The notes: generated from the sequence alone by a model not told the origin. A stretch of DNA of 64,000 nt from Longimicrobiales bacterium (GCA_965202805.1 OZ241869.1:128001-192000), one strand, 5' to 3'; shown: positions 1 through 9,352, counted from the stretch's first letter. Program-made: numbers and translations.

Positions 1-925
1 CGGGCTGTTCTCGATCATCGCCTGGGCCGTGTGGCGCCTCGTCATCATCTGGTCGATTCCGAATCAGGCCGGAACGGCGCCGCTGGTCGCCAACTGGGTT
101 CTGGCCATCTGGGTCGGGCTCCTCTTCCTCCCGCTCAGCCGCTTCATCGGCGACGTGCTCGACCTGGTCGAGGGCCGGGTCGTCGCCCGGGGCGAAACGA
201 CGCTCGACGAGACCGCGTTTCCCCTCATCAACCGGACCGTCCGCTTCATCGTCCTGGCGCTCGGAGTCGTGCTGGCTCTGGATCTGCTGGGCCTCAACAT
301 CGCTCCGCTGCTGGCCGGCGCCGGCGTCATGGGCCTCGCGCTCTCGCTGGCCGCCAAGGACACGCTGTCGAACCTGATCGCGGGCGTTCTCCTCATCATG
401 GACCGGCCCTTCAAGGTCGGAGACCGCATCGAGCTCTGGACCGCGCCCAACGAGACCGGCACCTGGGGCGACGTCATCGAGATCGGCCTGCGCGCCACCA
501 AGATCCGCAATCCGGACAACCTCGTGATCATCGTGCCCAACAGCCTGATCATGGTGCGCGACATCGTCAACTACACCATGTCCGGTCAGGATATTCGCCT
601 GCGCATCCCGTTCTCCGTGGCCTACGAGTCCGACATCGACCGCGCCAAGGTGCTGCTGATCGAGGCCGCGAAGCAGGTGCGGGGGGTGAAGCTCGATCCC
701 GAGCCCCTGGTCATCGTGCGCGGCTTCGGGCCCTCCGACATCCAGATCCAGCTGCGCGTGTGGATCGTCGAAGCCCGCAACCGCCGCCGGATCGCGGACG
801 AAATCACGGGCAGGGCGCTCAACGCCTTCGCCGAAGCAGGCGTGGAGATCCCCTATCCGAAGCGGGAGCTGATCATCCACGGGGATGCGGGGCCGGCGCC
901 GCCGGAGCTGCCGCGACCGGGGTGA
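1..925 (+). CDS. mscS: Small-conductance mechanosensitive channel (MscS family), 5' end probably outside window
   Basis: TM helices, LSLAAKDTLSNLIAG, RPFKVGDRI, GLRATKIR, IVPNS, EIPYP motifs. Confidence 0.92.
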   Translation, partial: GLFSIIAWAVWRLVIIWSIPNQAGTAPLVANWVLAIWVGLLFLPLSRFIGDVLDLVEGRVVARGETTLDETAFPLINRTVRFIVLALGVVLALDLLGLNIAPLLAGAGVMGLALSLAAKDTLSNLIAGVLLIMDRPFKVGDRIELWTAPNETGTWGDVIEIGLRATKIRNPDNLVIIVPNSLIMVRDIVNYTMSGQDIRLRIPFSVAYESDIDRAKVLLIEAAKQVRGVKLDPEPLVIVRGFGPSDIQIQLRVWIVEARNRRRIADEITGRALNAFAEAGVEIPYPKRELIIHGDAGPAPPELPRPG

Positions 926-1036
926 TGTAACTGACTGAGCAAGTAGCCGAGATGAGTTACCTGGAATGACGAACTACTCGACGCAAAGAGTGTTTTTCCG
1001 CAGCGAACAGAGTAAACGGAAGTGGAGGAGGATCTG

Positions 1037-3094
1037 ATGAGACGTTCACGCACCGTCAACCGGGTGGCCGCCGCCGTCACCTTCGCCGCGGCAGGATTCG
1101 CTGCTCTCGTCTCCGCGGCACCGTCCGCCGCCCAGGAGCGCCTCTCGCTCACCCACTACCTGGACATGGAGAGCGTGTCGGATCCGCGCATCTCCCCGGA
1201 CGGCGAGCGCATCGTCTACACGAGAGGCTGGGTCGACAAGCAGGCCGACCGGCGCGAGTCGTCGCTCTGGATCATGAACGCCGACGGCTCCCGCGCCCGT
1301 CACCTCATCGACGGCAGCGGGGCCCGCTGGTCGCCCGAAGGAACGCGCATCCTCTTCACCGCGCGCGGCGAGCCCAGCGGCTCCCAGCTCTTCGTCCGCT
1401 GGATGGACGACGAGGGGGCGACCAGCCAGATCACGCGCCTGGAGAACGGGCCTTCCGGGGCGCGCTGGTCACCGAACGGGGAGTGGATCGCCTTCACCAG
1501 CCGGGTTCCCGACCGGGCCGATTTCGCGGGCGTGCAGCTTCCGCGCCGCCCCGACGGCGCCGAGTGGGTGCGCGAGCCCAAGGTGGTGGAACGGGCCGGC
1601 TACAGGCGCGACCGCCAGGGATACGTCGACACCGGCTGGACCCACGTATTCGTGGTCCCCGCCGAGGGAGGCACCGCACGCCAACTGACCGACGGCGACT
1701 GGAACCACTCGGGCATCCAGTGGAGCCCCGACGGCGGCGAGATCTACTTCACCTCCTACCGGGCAGAGGACTGGGACCGTCCCGAGCACTGGCAGGAGTC
1801 GGAGATCTATGCGGTGTCGCTGGCGAGCGGAGACATCCGGCGCCTGACCGACAGGCGCGGCCCCGACGGCAGCCCGGTGCCTTCGCCCGACGGATCGCTC
1901 ATCGCCTACACCGGCATCGACGCCCACCGCGATACCTACCGCAACCAGAAGATCCACCTGATGAACAGGGACGGATCCGGCTCGCGCGTCATCTCCGGCG
2001 ACTACGACCGGCAGGTCGGGGGCATGATGTGGGCCCGCGACGGCAGCGGCCTCTACTTCAACGTGCGCCGCGACGGCTACGCCCAGCTTCACTTCGTCTC
2101 CGTGGAGGGCGGGGTGACGCAGCTCACCTCCGGAGAGCACCTCTTCGGCCTGTCGTCGTTCTCGGACGACGGCGTGGGCGTGGGGGTCATCTCGAGCGCG
2201 CATGCTCCGGGCGACGTCTACAGCTTCGACCTCGGCAGCCCGAACGACACCCGCCGCCTCACCGACGTGAACGCGGACGTGCTGGCGTACGTCGAGCTCG
2301 GTGAAGTGGAGGAGATCCGGTACGACTCGGAAGACGATTTCCGCATCCAGGGATGGATCGTGAAGCCACCCGACTTCGACCCGTCCCGCCTCTATCCGAT
2401 GATGCTCGTCATCCACGGCGGCCCGCACAGCATGTACAACGGCGGCTTCAACTTCGCCTTCCAGGAGCACGCCGCCAACGACTACGTGGTGCTCTACACC
2501 AACCCGCGCGGCAGCACCGGCTACGGCACCCGGTTCGCCAACGCCATCAACCACGACTATCCCGGGGCCGACTTCCCGGACCTGATGGCCGGGGTGGACG
2601 AGATGCTCGATCGGGGCTACGTGGACGAGGACAACCTGTTCGTGTACGGCTGCTCGGGCGGCGGCATCCTGACCAGCTACATCGTGGGCAACACCGACCG
2701 CTTCACGGCGGCGTCGGCCAACTGCCCCATCGTCAACTGGATGTCGGCGATGGGCACCTCGGACGCCATCAGCTACACGCGCACCTTCGAGAAGCCGTTC
2801 TGGGAGGATCCGGCGGAGTGGATCGACCGCTCATCCATCTTTTACGTGGGCAACGTGACCACGCCGACCATGCTCCTGACCGGGGAGATGGACCTGCGCA
2901 CCCCCATGGGCCAGACCGAGGAGTTCTACCAGGCGCTGCAGTACGTGGGCGTGCCCACCGTCATGATCCGCTTCCAGGAGGAGTGGCACGGAACCAGCTC
3001 GCGGCCCTCCAACTTCCTGCGCACGCAACTTTACCTGCGCAAGTGGTTCGAGAAGTGGGGGACGCACAAGGCGCCGGTTACGCAGGACGGGTAG
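1037..3094 (+). CDS. Secreted S9 family (prolyl oligopeptidase/acylaminoacyl) peptidase
   Basis: Signal peptide, WSPDG propeller repeats, IHGGP, nucleophile GCSGG, GEMD (Asp), EEWH (His); GGAGG RBS before ATG 1037. Confidence 0.93.
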   Translation: MRRSRTVNRVAAAVTFAAAGFAALVSAAPSAAQERLSLTHYLDMESVSDPRISPDGERIVYTRGWVDKQADRRESSLWIMNADGSRARHLIDGSGARWSPEGTRILFTARGEPSGSQLFVRWMDDEGATSQITRLENGPSGARWSPNGEWIAFTSRVPDRADFAGVQLPRRPDGAEWVREPKVVERAGYRRDRQGYVDTGWTHVFVVPAEGGTARQLTDGDWNHSGIQWSPDGGEIYFTSYRAEDWDRPEHWQESEIYAVSLASGDIRRLTDRRGPDGSPVPSPDGSLIAYTGIDAHRDTYRNQKIHLMNRDGSGSRVISGDYDRQVGGMMWARDGSGLYFNVRRDGYAQLHFVSVEGGVTQLTSGEHLFGLSSFSDDGVGVGVISSAHAPGDVYSFDLGSPNDTRRLTDVNADVLAYVELGEVEEIRYDSEDDFRIQGWIVKPPDFDPSRLYPMMLVIHGGPHSMYNGGFNFAFQEHAANDYVVLYTNPRGSTGYGTRFANAINHDYPGADFPDLMAGVDEMLDRGYVDEDNLFVYGCSGGGILTSYIVGNTDRFTAASANCPIVNWMSAMGTSDAISYTRTFEKPFWEDPAEWIDRSSIFYVGNVTTPTMLLTGEMDLRTPMGQTEEFYQALQYVGVPTVMIRFQEEWHGTSSRPSNFLRTQLYLRKWFEKWGTHKAPVTQDG

Positions 3095-3152
3095 GGCGAA
3101 AGGAGCTGGCGTCGCCCGACGGCGGCGCATCGTTCAGCGACGGTTTCCGGTT

Positions 3153-3641
3153 TCAGTCGCCCGGGGACTCGATCGTCAGGATCCGGATGACGCCGTTCTC
3201 GGCGCGCTCACCGTACAGTTCCGCGGCCGCCTCTCCCTTGATGACCTCGATGCTCTCGATGTCGTCCGGGTTCAGGGAGCTGAGCCCCGCGCTGCCCGCT
3301 TCGAGCTCGACGCCGTCGACGAAGATCAGCGGTGGGGCTCCGTCTCCGGGTGTGCCCCTGATTTGAACTCCTCCCGGATTGTCGGCCCCGTCCGCGTTGA
3401 CCGCGGCCTCCGGGGTCGCCAGCGCGTCGATAAGCGCATCGTCGATGGCGGTGGGCGCTTCGGTGTCGCAGGCCATGACCACCGCCGTCAGGGCCATGCC
3501 GGCCAGCGTCATCGCGCGCGGCGGGTTCCGATTCATCTTCCTGCCGCCCATGACTTTGAGTCTCCGTTCGAGAGCGTGTCCTGATTCGATGAGGGCGTCG
3601 GCCAACACTCGCGGCTTTCGCGATCCGACGCCGACGGTCAT
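3153..3641 (-). CDS. Stand-alone TonB-dependent-receptor plug-domain lipoprotein; partial paralog of the C-terminus of the upstream M56 protein (alternative start ATG 3551)
   Basis: Lipobox VVMAC; PLIFVDG...[14 protein letters not shown]...[11 protein letters not shown] plug motif; aligns with residues after LLTIGVG of 3693..5129. Confidence 0.7.
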   Translation of the reverse strand: MTVGVGSRKPRVLADALIESGHALERRLKVMGGRKMNRNPPRAMTLAGMALTAVVMACDTEAPTAIDDALIDALATPEAAVNADGADNPGGVQIRGTPGDGAPPLIFVDGVELEAGSAGLSSLNPDDIESIEVIKGEAAAELYGERAENGVIRILTIESPGD

Positions 3642-3692
3642 ACGATAGCCTTCCCTGACCTTGCAGGCGATGCCGACTGGTTGGTAAGGAGG

Positions 3693-5129
3693 CTAAGGGA
3701 GGACGAGCGATAGCTCGTTTGTCGTCAAGACAAAGGCCGGGCTCCCCAACCGTACGTAGTAGGCGACTTCAATCGGCTTGTTCTGCCGGTTGCGGCTGGG
3801 GGAGGTCGCTGAAATCTGCTCCTCGCTGCCGCGGCCGGGCGACGGCGCGTCGTTCGCCGACGGCTCCTCGGGTTCAGACGCCTCGGACTCCTTCGTGAAG
3901 ATCTGGATGACTCCGTTCTCCGCGCCGTCACCGAACAGGCGGCGCGCGGCCTCTCCCTTGGTGACCTCGATCCGTTCGATGTGGTCGGGGTTCAGGGAAC
4001 TCAGTGGCGAGGAGGAACCGCCGCCGCCGGTCGTGACCGTGTATCTGCCGGCTCGGAGCGAGAGGTCCGAACCCGTCACCTCCAGACCGTTGATGAAGAT
4101 CAGCGGCCGAGACTCGATTCCAAGCTCGCTGCTCCTCAACCGCATCGCCTCGACCTGCTCGGCCCGGGCTTGCGGCGTGAGGGACCCGTCTGCGCCGGCC
4201 TCCGCCTCCGGGGTCGCCAGCACGTCGAGGAGCGCGTCGTCGAGAGCGGTGGGGGCGTTAGCATCACAGGCGGTCACCACCGCAGCCAGGGTCACACCGG
4301 CCAGCGTCACCGTGCGCAGCGGGTTCCACTTCATCTTCTTCGCAGCCATGACCTTGAGTCTCCGTTCGAGGGAATGTCGGGATTCGACGAGGGCGGGCAT
4401 CAACACCCAGCGCCGGTGCCGTCCCACCCCGATGGTGAGCAGCAGCCGACCGTAATCGTCCGCCGGGATTCCGGAGGCGATGACGCGCCGGTCGCAGTCG
4501 ATTTCGACGGCGCTGCGCAGGTTGCGGACCATCCACCAGACCGCCGGGCTCCAGGGGAAGAGGGCGGCGATGATTGCGCCGTAGAGGAGGGTCAGGTGGT
4601 CCCGGGCGCGCGCGTGCTCGCGCTCGTGCAGGATCGCGACGCGACCGGCCCGCTCACCCGCGCGGAAGAGCCAGCCGGGGATCACCACGGAGGGACGTGC
4701 CACGCCGATCAGCGCCGGCCCGAAGCCCTCCGAGACGTAGACGTCCTCGCCGTCCACCGACCGCCGGGACCAGCGTCGGCGCGACCGGGCCATGAGGCAC
4801 AGGATGGCGCCGAAGACGGTGAGCGTGGCGAGCGACGCGCCCCCCCAGGCGATCAGCGCCATGCGGTCGAACATCGGGCCGGAGGTCGACGCAACAGGGT
4901 CCTGCGCGGCGGCGACGACCTGCTCGACGGCCGGCGAGGCGGTCGTGGGCCCCTCCGGCATGGGCGCCGGTGGTCTCGCCAGGAGGGGGATCGCCACCGC
5001 CAGCGTGAGAGCGACCAACCAGGGGAAGCGTCGCGGCCATCCCATGGCTTCGCACAGGCGCTCGCCGGCCCAGGCTCCAGCCGCCAGCAGACCGCCGATC
5101 ACCGCCGCATATGCCATCCACGCGATCAT
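3693..5129 (-). CDS. BlaR1/MecR1-like M56 metallopeptidase fused to a C-terminal TonB-receptor plug domain
   Basis: TM segments, HEREH (HExxH), EIDCD, LERRL, then VVTAC and LNPDHIERIEVTKG...NGVIQIFTK; ATGA overlap with blaI. Confidence 0.9.
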   Translation of the reverse strand: MIAWMAYAAVIGGLLAAGAWAGERLCEAMGWPRRFPWLVALTLAVAIPLLARPPAPMPEGPTTASPAVEQVVAAAQDPVASTSGPMFDRMALIAWGGASLATLTVFGAILCLMARSRRRWSRRSVDGEDVYVSEGFGPALIGVARPSVVIPGWLFRAGERAGRVAILHEREHARARDHLTLLYGAIIAALFPWSPAVWWMVRNLRSAVEIDCDRRVIASGIPADDYGRLLLTIGVGRHRRWVLMPALVESRHSLERRLKVMAAKKMKWNPLRTVTLAGVTLAAVVTACDANAPTALDDALLDVLATPEAEAGADGSLTPQARAEQVEAMRLRSSELGIESRPLIFINGLEVTGSDLSLRAGRYTVTTGGGGSSSPLSSLNPDHIERIEVTKGEAARRLFGDGAENGVIQIFTKESEASEPEEPSANDAPSPGRGSEEQISATSPSRNRQNKPIEVAYYVRLGSPAFVLTTNELSLVLP

Positions 5130-5560
5130 CGGTCTTCCTCCTTCTCCTGGGCGCGGTCCAGGATCGAACGCATGCGCGCGATCTCCTCGTCGCTGAACTC
5201 CCGGTTCTCAACCAGCGTCGCCAGGAGCAGCTCCGCGGAACCATGGAAGATCTTGTTCATGACCCGCCGGAGGGCGCTGCCGCCGGCATCCGCCGATTCG
5301 ACCAGGGGGTAGTAGCGGTGCGCACGGCCTTCCTTCTCGTGCCGCACCGCGTTCTTGCCCTCGAGGATCTGCAGCATCTTGAGGACGGTGGTATAGCCGA
5401 CGTCCTTCCCGAGCACGTCCCGGACCTCCGCCACCGTCCCCGAACCTTCGCGCCAGAGGACGCTCATGATGTCCAGCTCGCGGTGGGTGAATCGATTCGG
5501 TTCCCGCGCCGGACCGGCGGACTCCCGTTGCGTTGCTTCCGATTCTCGATGTGCGTTCAT
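5126..5560 (-). CDS. BlaI/MecI/CopY family repressor
   Basis: RELDIMSVLW, TVAEV, YTTVLKMLQILE, RAHRYYP, FHGSAELL motifs. Confidence 0.93.
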   Translation of the reverse strand: MNAHRESEATQRESAGPAREPNRFTHRELDIMSVLWREGSGTVAEVRDVLGKDVGYTTVLKMLQILEGKNAVRHEKEGRAHRYYPLVESADAGGSALRRVMNKIFHGSAELLLATLVENREFSDEEIARMRSILDRAQEKEEDR

Positions 5561-5622
5561 ATGAACCACTGATGACGTTGAAAGGGGCGTGTCCTTGCCG
5601 TCATGGATGGCTTCCGCGTATT

Positions 5623-5734
5623 CACGATGATCTTCGTAGGGTACGGTAGGCGATGCCTGCCGAGTATGTCAACGACGATCTTCGTAGATGATCGTAACCC
5701 GTGATCCTCGATCTGTCAACGATAGGCTTCGTAG
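5623..5734 (-). promoter_or_regulatory. Two tandem sigma70 promoters interleaved with three BlaI-type operators (CTACGAA-N5-TCGT)
   Basis: Minus strand TTGACA(5719-5714)-17-TACGAT(5696-5691) and TTGACA(5672-5667)-18-TACCGT(5648-5643); operators at 5624-5639, 5672-5687, 5719-5734. Confidence 0.8.
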
Positions 5735-5791
5735 ATCGTGGCCTACCCGGCGTGGCACGACCCTGGTTCCCGGCGCAGGCGAGCCGGAACC

Positions 5792-7126
5792 TCAGGCGCG
5801 GCGGCGGGCGGTGGCCAGCGCGAAAGCGGATGGTTGCGCGACGGGATCGACCCGCGGGGCTTCCGGCGCGCCGAATGCATGAGACGGAGCGCCGACGCGA
5901 CACGCCTCCAGCCCTCTGTTCAGATCGGCGACAAGGTCATCGGCGGACTCGATGCCTACGGAGACGCGCAGCAGGCCCTTGCCGATCCCCGCGAGCGCTT
6001 GGGCGGCGTCGTCCATGGCCGCGTGGGTCATGGTGGCCGGGTGGCAGATGAGGCTCTCGACGCCGCCGAGCGACTCGGCCAAGAGGAAGACCTCGAGCCG
6101 TGACAGGAACTTCTCCGCCGCGGGGCGCCCCCCCGCCAGCTCGAAGCTGAGCAGGCTGCCGTAGCCGCACTGCTGGCGCCGGGCGATCGCATGGCCCGGG
6201 TGGGACGGCAGGCCGGGGTGATACACTCGGGCCACCGCGGGATGGGAGGTCAGCAGCGACACCGCCGCGGCGGCGTTTTCCTCGTGCACACGGGTGCGGG
6301 CGAAGAGCGTGCGCACGCCGCGCAGCGCGAGGTAGCTGTCAAACGGGCTCTGGGCGACGCCGGTGGCGTTGGTCCACCAGGCGACCTCCTCGAAGAGTTC
6401 GTCGCTCGCCGCGATCACCGCGCCCCCCACCACGTCGCTGTGCCCGTTGATGAACTTGGTGGTCGAGTGGACGACGAGGTCGAAGCCGAAATCGATCGGG
6501 CGCTGCAGGGCAGGAGAGAGGAAGGTGTTGTCCGCGACGGCGATCGCCCCGGCCAGCCGGGCTTTCCGGGCGACGTCCGCCAGGTCGGTGATGCGCAGCA
6601 GCGGGTTGCTGGGCGTCTCGACCCAGATCATACGCGGTCCCCGCTCCAGCCCGGCCGCGAGCGAGGCCGGATCCGTGAAGTCCACGAAGCGCACGCGCAG
6701 CCGCCCCTGGCGCTCGAGGCCGACCAGCAGCCGGTGCGTGCCCCCGTAGCAGTCGTGCGGCGCCAGCACCAGGTCGTCGGCGCGCACCAGGTTGAGGACG
6801 ACGCCCACCGCGGACATTCCGGAGGAGGTCGCGACCGCCCCCGTGCCGCCCTCCAGTTGCGCCAGCGCCTCGGCGAACTGTGAGCGGGTGGGGTTGCCCG
6901 AGCGGGTGTAGTCGTAGGGCGGCGGGTCCTCGAGCGCGGCGAACCGGAAGTTGCTGGACAGGTAGAGAGGCGGCATCACGGCGCCGTATGCGGGATCCTC
7001 GGCGAGACCGGCCTGGACGGCTTTGGTCGCGGGGGCCCGGAACGCGTGCTCCCGTCGGGGCGGGAGCACGGTCGCGTCGCTGTGCTCCGGGGCGGGATGG
7101 GTCTGCCGGGTACATTGGTTGCTCAT
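5792..7126 (-). CDS. metB: Cystathionine gamma-synthase
   Basis: YTRSGNPTR, ETPSNP, DNTF, HSTTK (PLP Lys), AESLGGVESL. Confidence 0.92.
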   Translation of the reverse strand: MSNQCTRQTHPAPEHSDATVLPPRREHAFRAPATKAVQAGLAEDPAYGAVMPPLYLSSNFRFAALEDPPPYDYTRSGNPTRSQFAEALAQLEGGTGAVATSSGMSAVGVVLNLVRADDLVLAPHDCYGGTHRLLVGLERQGRLRVRFVDFTDPASLAAGLERGPRMIWVETPSNPLLRITDLADVARKARLAGAIAVADNTFLSPALQRPIDFGFDLVVHSTTKFINGHSDVVGGAVIAASDELFEEVAWWTNATGVAQSPFDSYLALRGVRTLFARTRVHEENAAAAVSLLTSHPAVARVYHPGLPSHPGHAIARRQQCGYGSLLSFELAGGRPAAEKFLSRLEVFLLAESLGGVESLICHPATMTHAAMDDAAQALAGIGKGLLRVSVGIESADDLVADLNRGLEACRVGAPSHAFGAPEAPRVDPVAQPSAFALATARRRA

Positions 7127-7129
7127 GGT

Positions 7130-8239
7130 CTATGCCTCCTGTCCGACGGAAAGCCCGAGGCTCTCCCGCAGGACGGTCTGGTATTCCGGTGCGTGAAGCA
7201 GAAAGGCGTCGTGGCCGCCGTCGGAGTGGAGCACCCGAAGGTGCGAGCGGGCGCCGGCCCGGCGGTGCATCTCCTCGACCAGCCAGAGCGGCACCGACCT
7301 GTCCTCCTCCCAGGCGATCAGCCAGGAGGGGATCGTCAGCGCCTCGGGCTTGAGGTCGCAAAGATCGATCGAGGCGCACAGCGTCAGGTAGGTTCTCGCA
7401 TCGAACCGCCCGGCGAACGCGCGTCCGCGCTTCCACAGGTAGCGGTCCACCGGGTGGACCGGCTTGCCGCTCGAAAGGTCGGCCTCGAAGGAGAAGCGCG
7501 CGTCCAGCCCCGCGTCCGTCTTGTAGGTGGTGAAGGCCAGCGCCCTCGCGATGGCTACGCCGTCGGCTTCGCGTTCGTGGTCGCGGGCGAACTCGAGGAT
7601 CGCGCGCTGTACGCTGCGCACCCCGGTCGCGAGGGGATGGGGGCGGTGGGCGGCCGCGATGGCGACGACGCCTTCCGCACGCCGGGGATACCGGATGCCC
7701 AGGGCCAGCGCGGCGTTACCCCCGTAGGAGGCTCCCACGGCCCGATGGACCCTCTGTTCGCCGAGGTGGTCCAGGACGGCCACCACCGCGTCCGCCTGGT
7801 CCCCCGGCGTGATGTGGAACTGCGTGCGGGACCCATCGCCTCCAACCGGCTCGATGGTGCCCGGGGCGCCGATGAAGTCGATGCCGAGGACGCGCCACTC
7901 GCGCGAGTCGATGGCGAGCCCCGGTCCGACGATCCTCCGCCACCATCCTTCGGAGCGATCCTCGGCGTTGGCGCACACGTGCCGGCTCGCCGAAATCCCG
8001 CCCATGGCCAGCAGCAGTGGGGCGTCCTCCGGCCCCGCGACCTCGAAGGGAACCCGGAAGCGCGCAGCCAGCCCGGGTTCGAGCTCCGGCTTCCATCCGG
8101 GGCGCATGTAGACCGCTCCGCGGCGGGCGGGCGGCAGGGCGCGGGTGCGCGGGGGCTCGCGATGATCGGGAACGTTCCCGTTGCGGGCAGGCGGGTACGG
8201 AAGCGGAAACGCTTGGGGAGGGGAGGTGGTCGGTTTCAT
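7130..8239 (-). CDS. metX: Homoserine O-acyltransferase (MetX alpha/beta hydrolase, probably succinyl type)
   Basis: GGISASRH, GWW...VGPG, GASYGG, GHDAFL; GGAG RBS; upstream of metB and downstream of a SAM-I riboswitch. Confidence 0.85.
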   Translation of the reverse strand: MKPTTSPPQAFPLPYPPARNGNVPDHREPPRTRALPPARRGAVYMRPGWKPELEPGLAARFRVPFEVAGPEDAPLLLAMGGISASRHVCANAEDRSEGWWRRIVGPGLAIDSREWRVLGIDFIGAPGTIEPVGGDGSRTQFHITPGDQADAVVAVLDHLGEQRVHRAVGASYGGNAALALGIRYPRRAEGVVAIAAAHRPHPLATGVRSVQRAILEFARDHEREADGVAIARALAFTTYKTDAGLDARFSFEADLSSGKPVHPVDRYLWKRGRAFAGRFDARTYLTLCASIDLCDLKPEALTIPSWLIAWEEDRSVPLWLVEEMHRRAGARSHLRVLHSDGGHDAFLLHAPEYQTVLRESLGLSVGQEA

Positions 8240-8306
8240 CCTGGCTCTCCACAGGTTGGGCGCGATGCCAACCCCTGGATGCGCCGGGCGGCGAACCGAC
8301 CGAGGC

Positions 8307-8428
8307 ACTCATCTCTCGGATTCCATCACGGGAACCCGCGGGAGTTGGCACCGCTGATCGTTCTCCAGAGAAAACGATCCGGTTGCCCCGGCGTCACAGG
8401 GCCAGTCCCTCGGCCGGTCTCGATGAGT
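8307..8428 (-). ncRNA. SAM-I riboswitch
   Basis: Minus strand CTCATCGAGA..GAGGGACTGGCCC..GGCAACC..GGTGCCAACTCC..AGATGAG matches the SAM-I consensus with P1 CTCATC/GATGAG; precedes metX-metB. Confidence 0.95.
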
Positions 8429-8474
8429 TGTGTGAGAATGTGGTGCCCCATCCGGGGCTGTCAAGGGCTGCCGC

Positions 8475-9074
8475 TCAGCGGCGCGGATCCACCTCCGCGT
8501 AGACCTCCACGTTGCCCCCGCGATCCCAGGAGAGCACCTGGTAGGGTCGGGCGCCGATCCCTTCCATGCCCGGAGATCCGATCGGCATGCCGGGAACCGC
8601 GATGCCCACGACGTCCGGCCGCTCCTCCAGCAGCCGCTTGACGTGCTCGGCCGGGATGTGGCCCTCGACCACGTAGCCGTCGATCAGCGTCGTGTGGCAG
8701 GACGACATCCGGGGCGGCACGCCCGCGTCGATCTTCACCGGGATGATGTCGTTCAGGTCACGGGCATCCACCTCGAACCCGGCTTCCCGCATGTGATCGA
8801 CCCACAGGCTGCAGCACCCGCAACTGGGCGTCTTGTAGACCAGTGCCTTGGGCAGGACATCGGCGTCGGTCGCTGTGGGTGAAGCCGCCAGGGTGGCGCC
8901 CACTTCGCCGGCGGCACCCGCTGCCACTTCCCCGGACGCGTGCAGGGCGTGGACGTCATGCGATGCCGGTGCGCCATCCGACACTCGCGCGCCATCCGCG
9001 TCGCGTGGCTCGGCCGGTCCGCAGGCGACCAGGATCAGGAAAAGGAAGCCGACGCTGGGGCGAAGCTGAGTCAT
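8475..9074 (-). CDS. DUF411 family metal-binding lipoprotein
   Basis: Lipobox LVAC; CGCC, SSCHT, EGHIP, VPGMPIGSPGME. Confidence 0.88.
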   Translation of the reverse strand: MTQLRPSVGFLFLILVACGPAEPRDADGARVSDGAPASHDVHALHASGEVAAGAAGEVGATLAASPTATDADVLPKALVYKTPSCGCCSLWVDHMREAGFEVDARDLNDIIPVKIDAGVPPRMSSCHTTLIDGYVVEGHIPAEHVKRLLEERPDVVGIAVPGMPIGSPGMEGIGARPYQVLSWDRGGNVEVYAEVDPRR

Positions 9075-9110
9075 GGAAGCCTCGGAATCAGAGAGCGGGG
9101 CAGAACCGAT

Positions 9111-9326
9111 TCAGCGGAGCAGATCCGCGCGTACGTCCTTCCAATCTAGCACGAGGTCACTCGAATCGCCGAGCCGCCTCGCGCAAACGCCCGCCTCTTC
9201 AGCGTCTGCGAGCCAACCCTCCAGTGCTTCCCGGACAATGCTGCTGCGGCTACGCCGCAACGTCCGGGCAGCCGCATCCAGCCTCGCGGAGAGCTCGTCA
9301 GGTACACGCGCCGCAATACGATGCAT
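9111..9326 (-). CDS. Ribbon-helix-helix (CopG/RelB-like) antitoxin-type protein, no adjacent toxin
   Basis: IAARVPDELSARLDAAARTLRRSRSSIVREAL; C-terminal DWKDVR; GGAGG RBS; tail of ORF 9111..10298. Confidence 0.75.
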   Translation of the reverse strand: MHRIAARVPDELSARLDAAARTLRRSRSSIVREALEGWLADAEEAGVCARRLGDSSDLVLDWKDVRADLLR

Positions 9327-9352
9327 GAGCATTCCTCCCGTGCGCTTGAGCT

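Noticed and set aside
926..1021. AT-richer intergenic stretch with GTAACT/AGTTAC inverted repeat
   Set aside because: Too short to assign; no recognisable RNA family; probably promoter region
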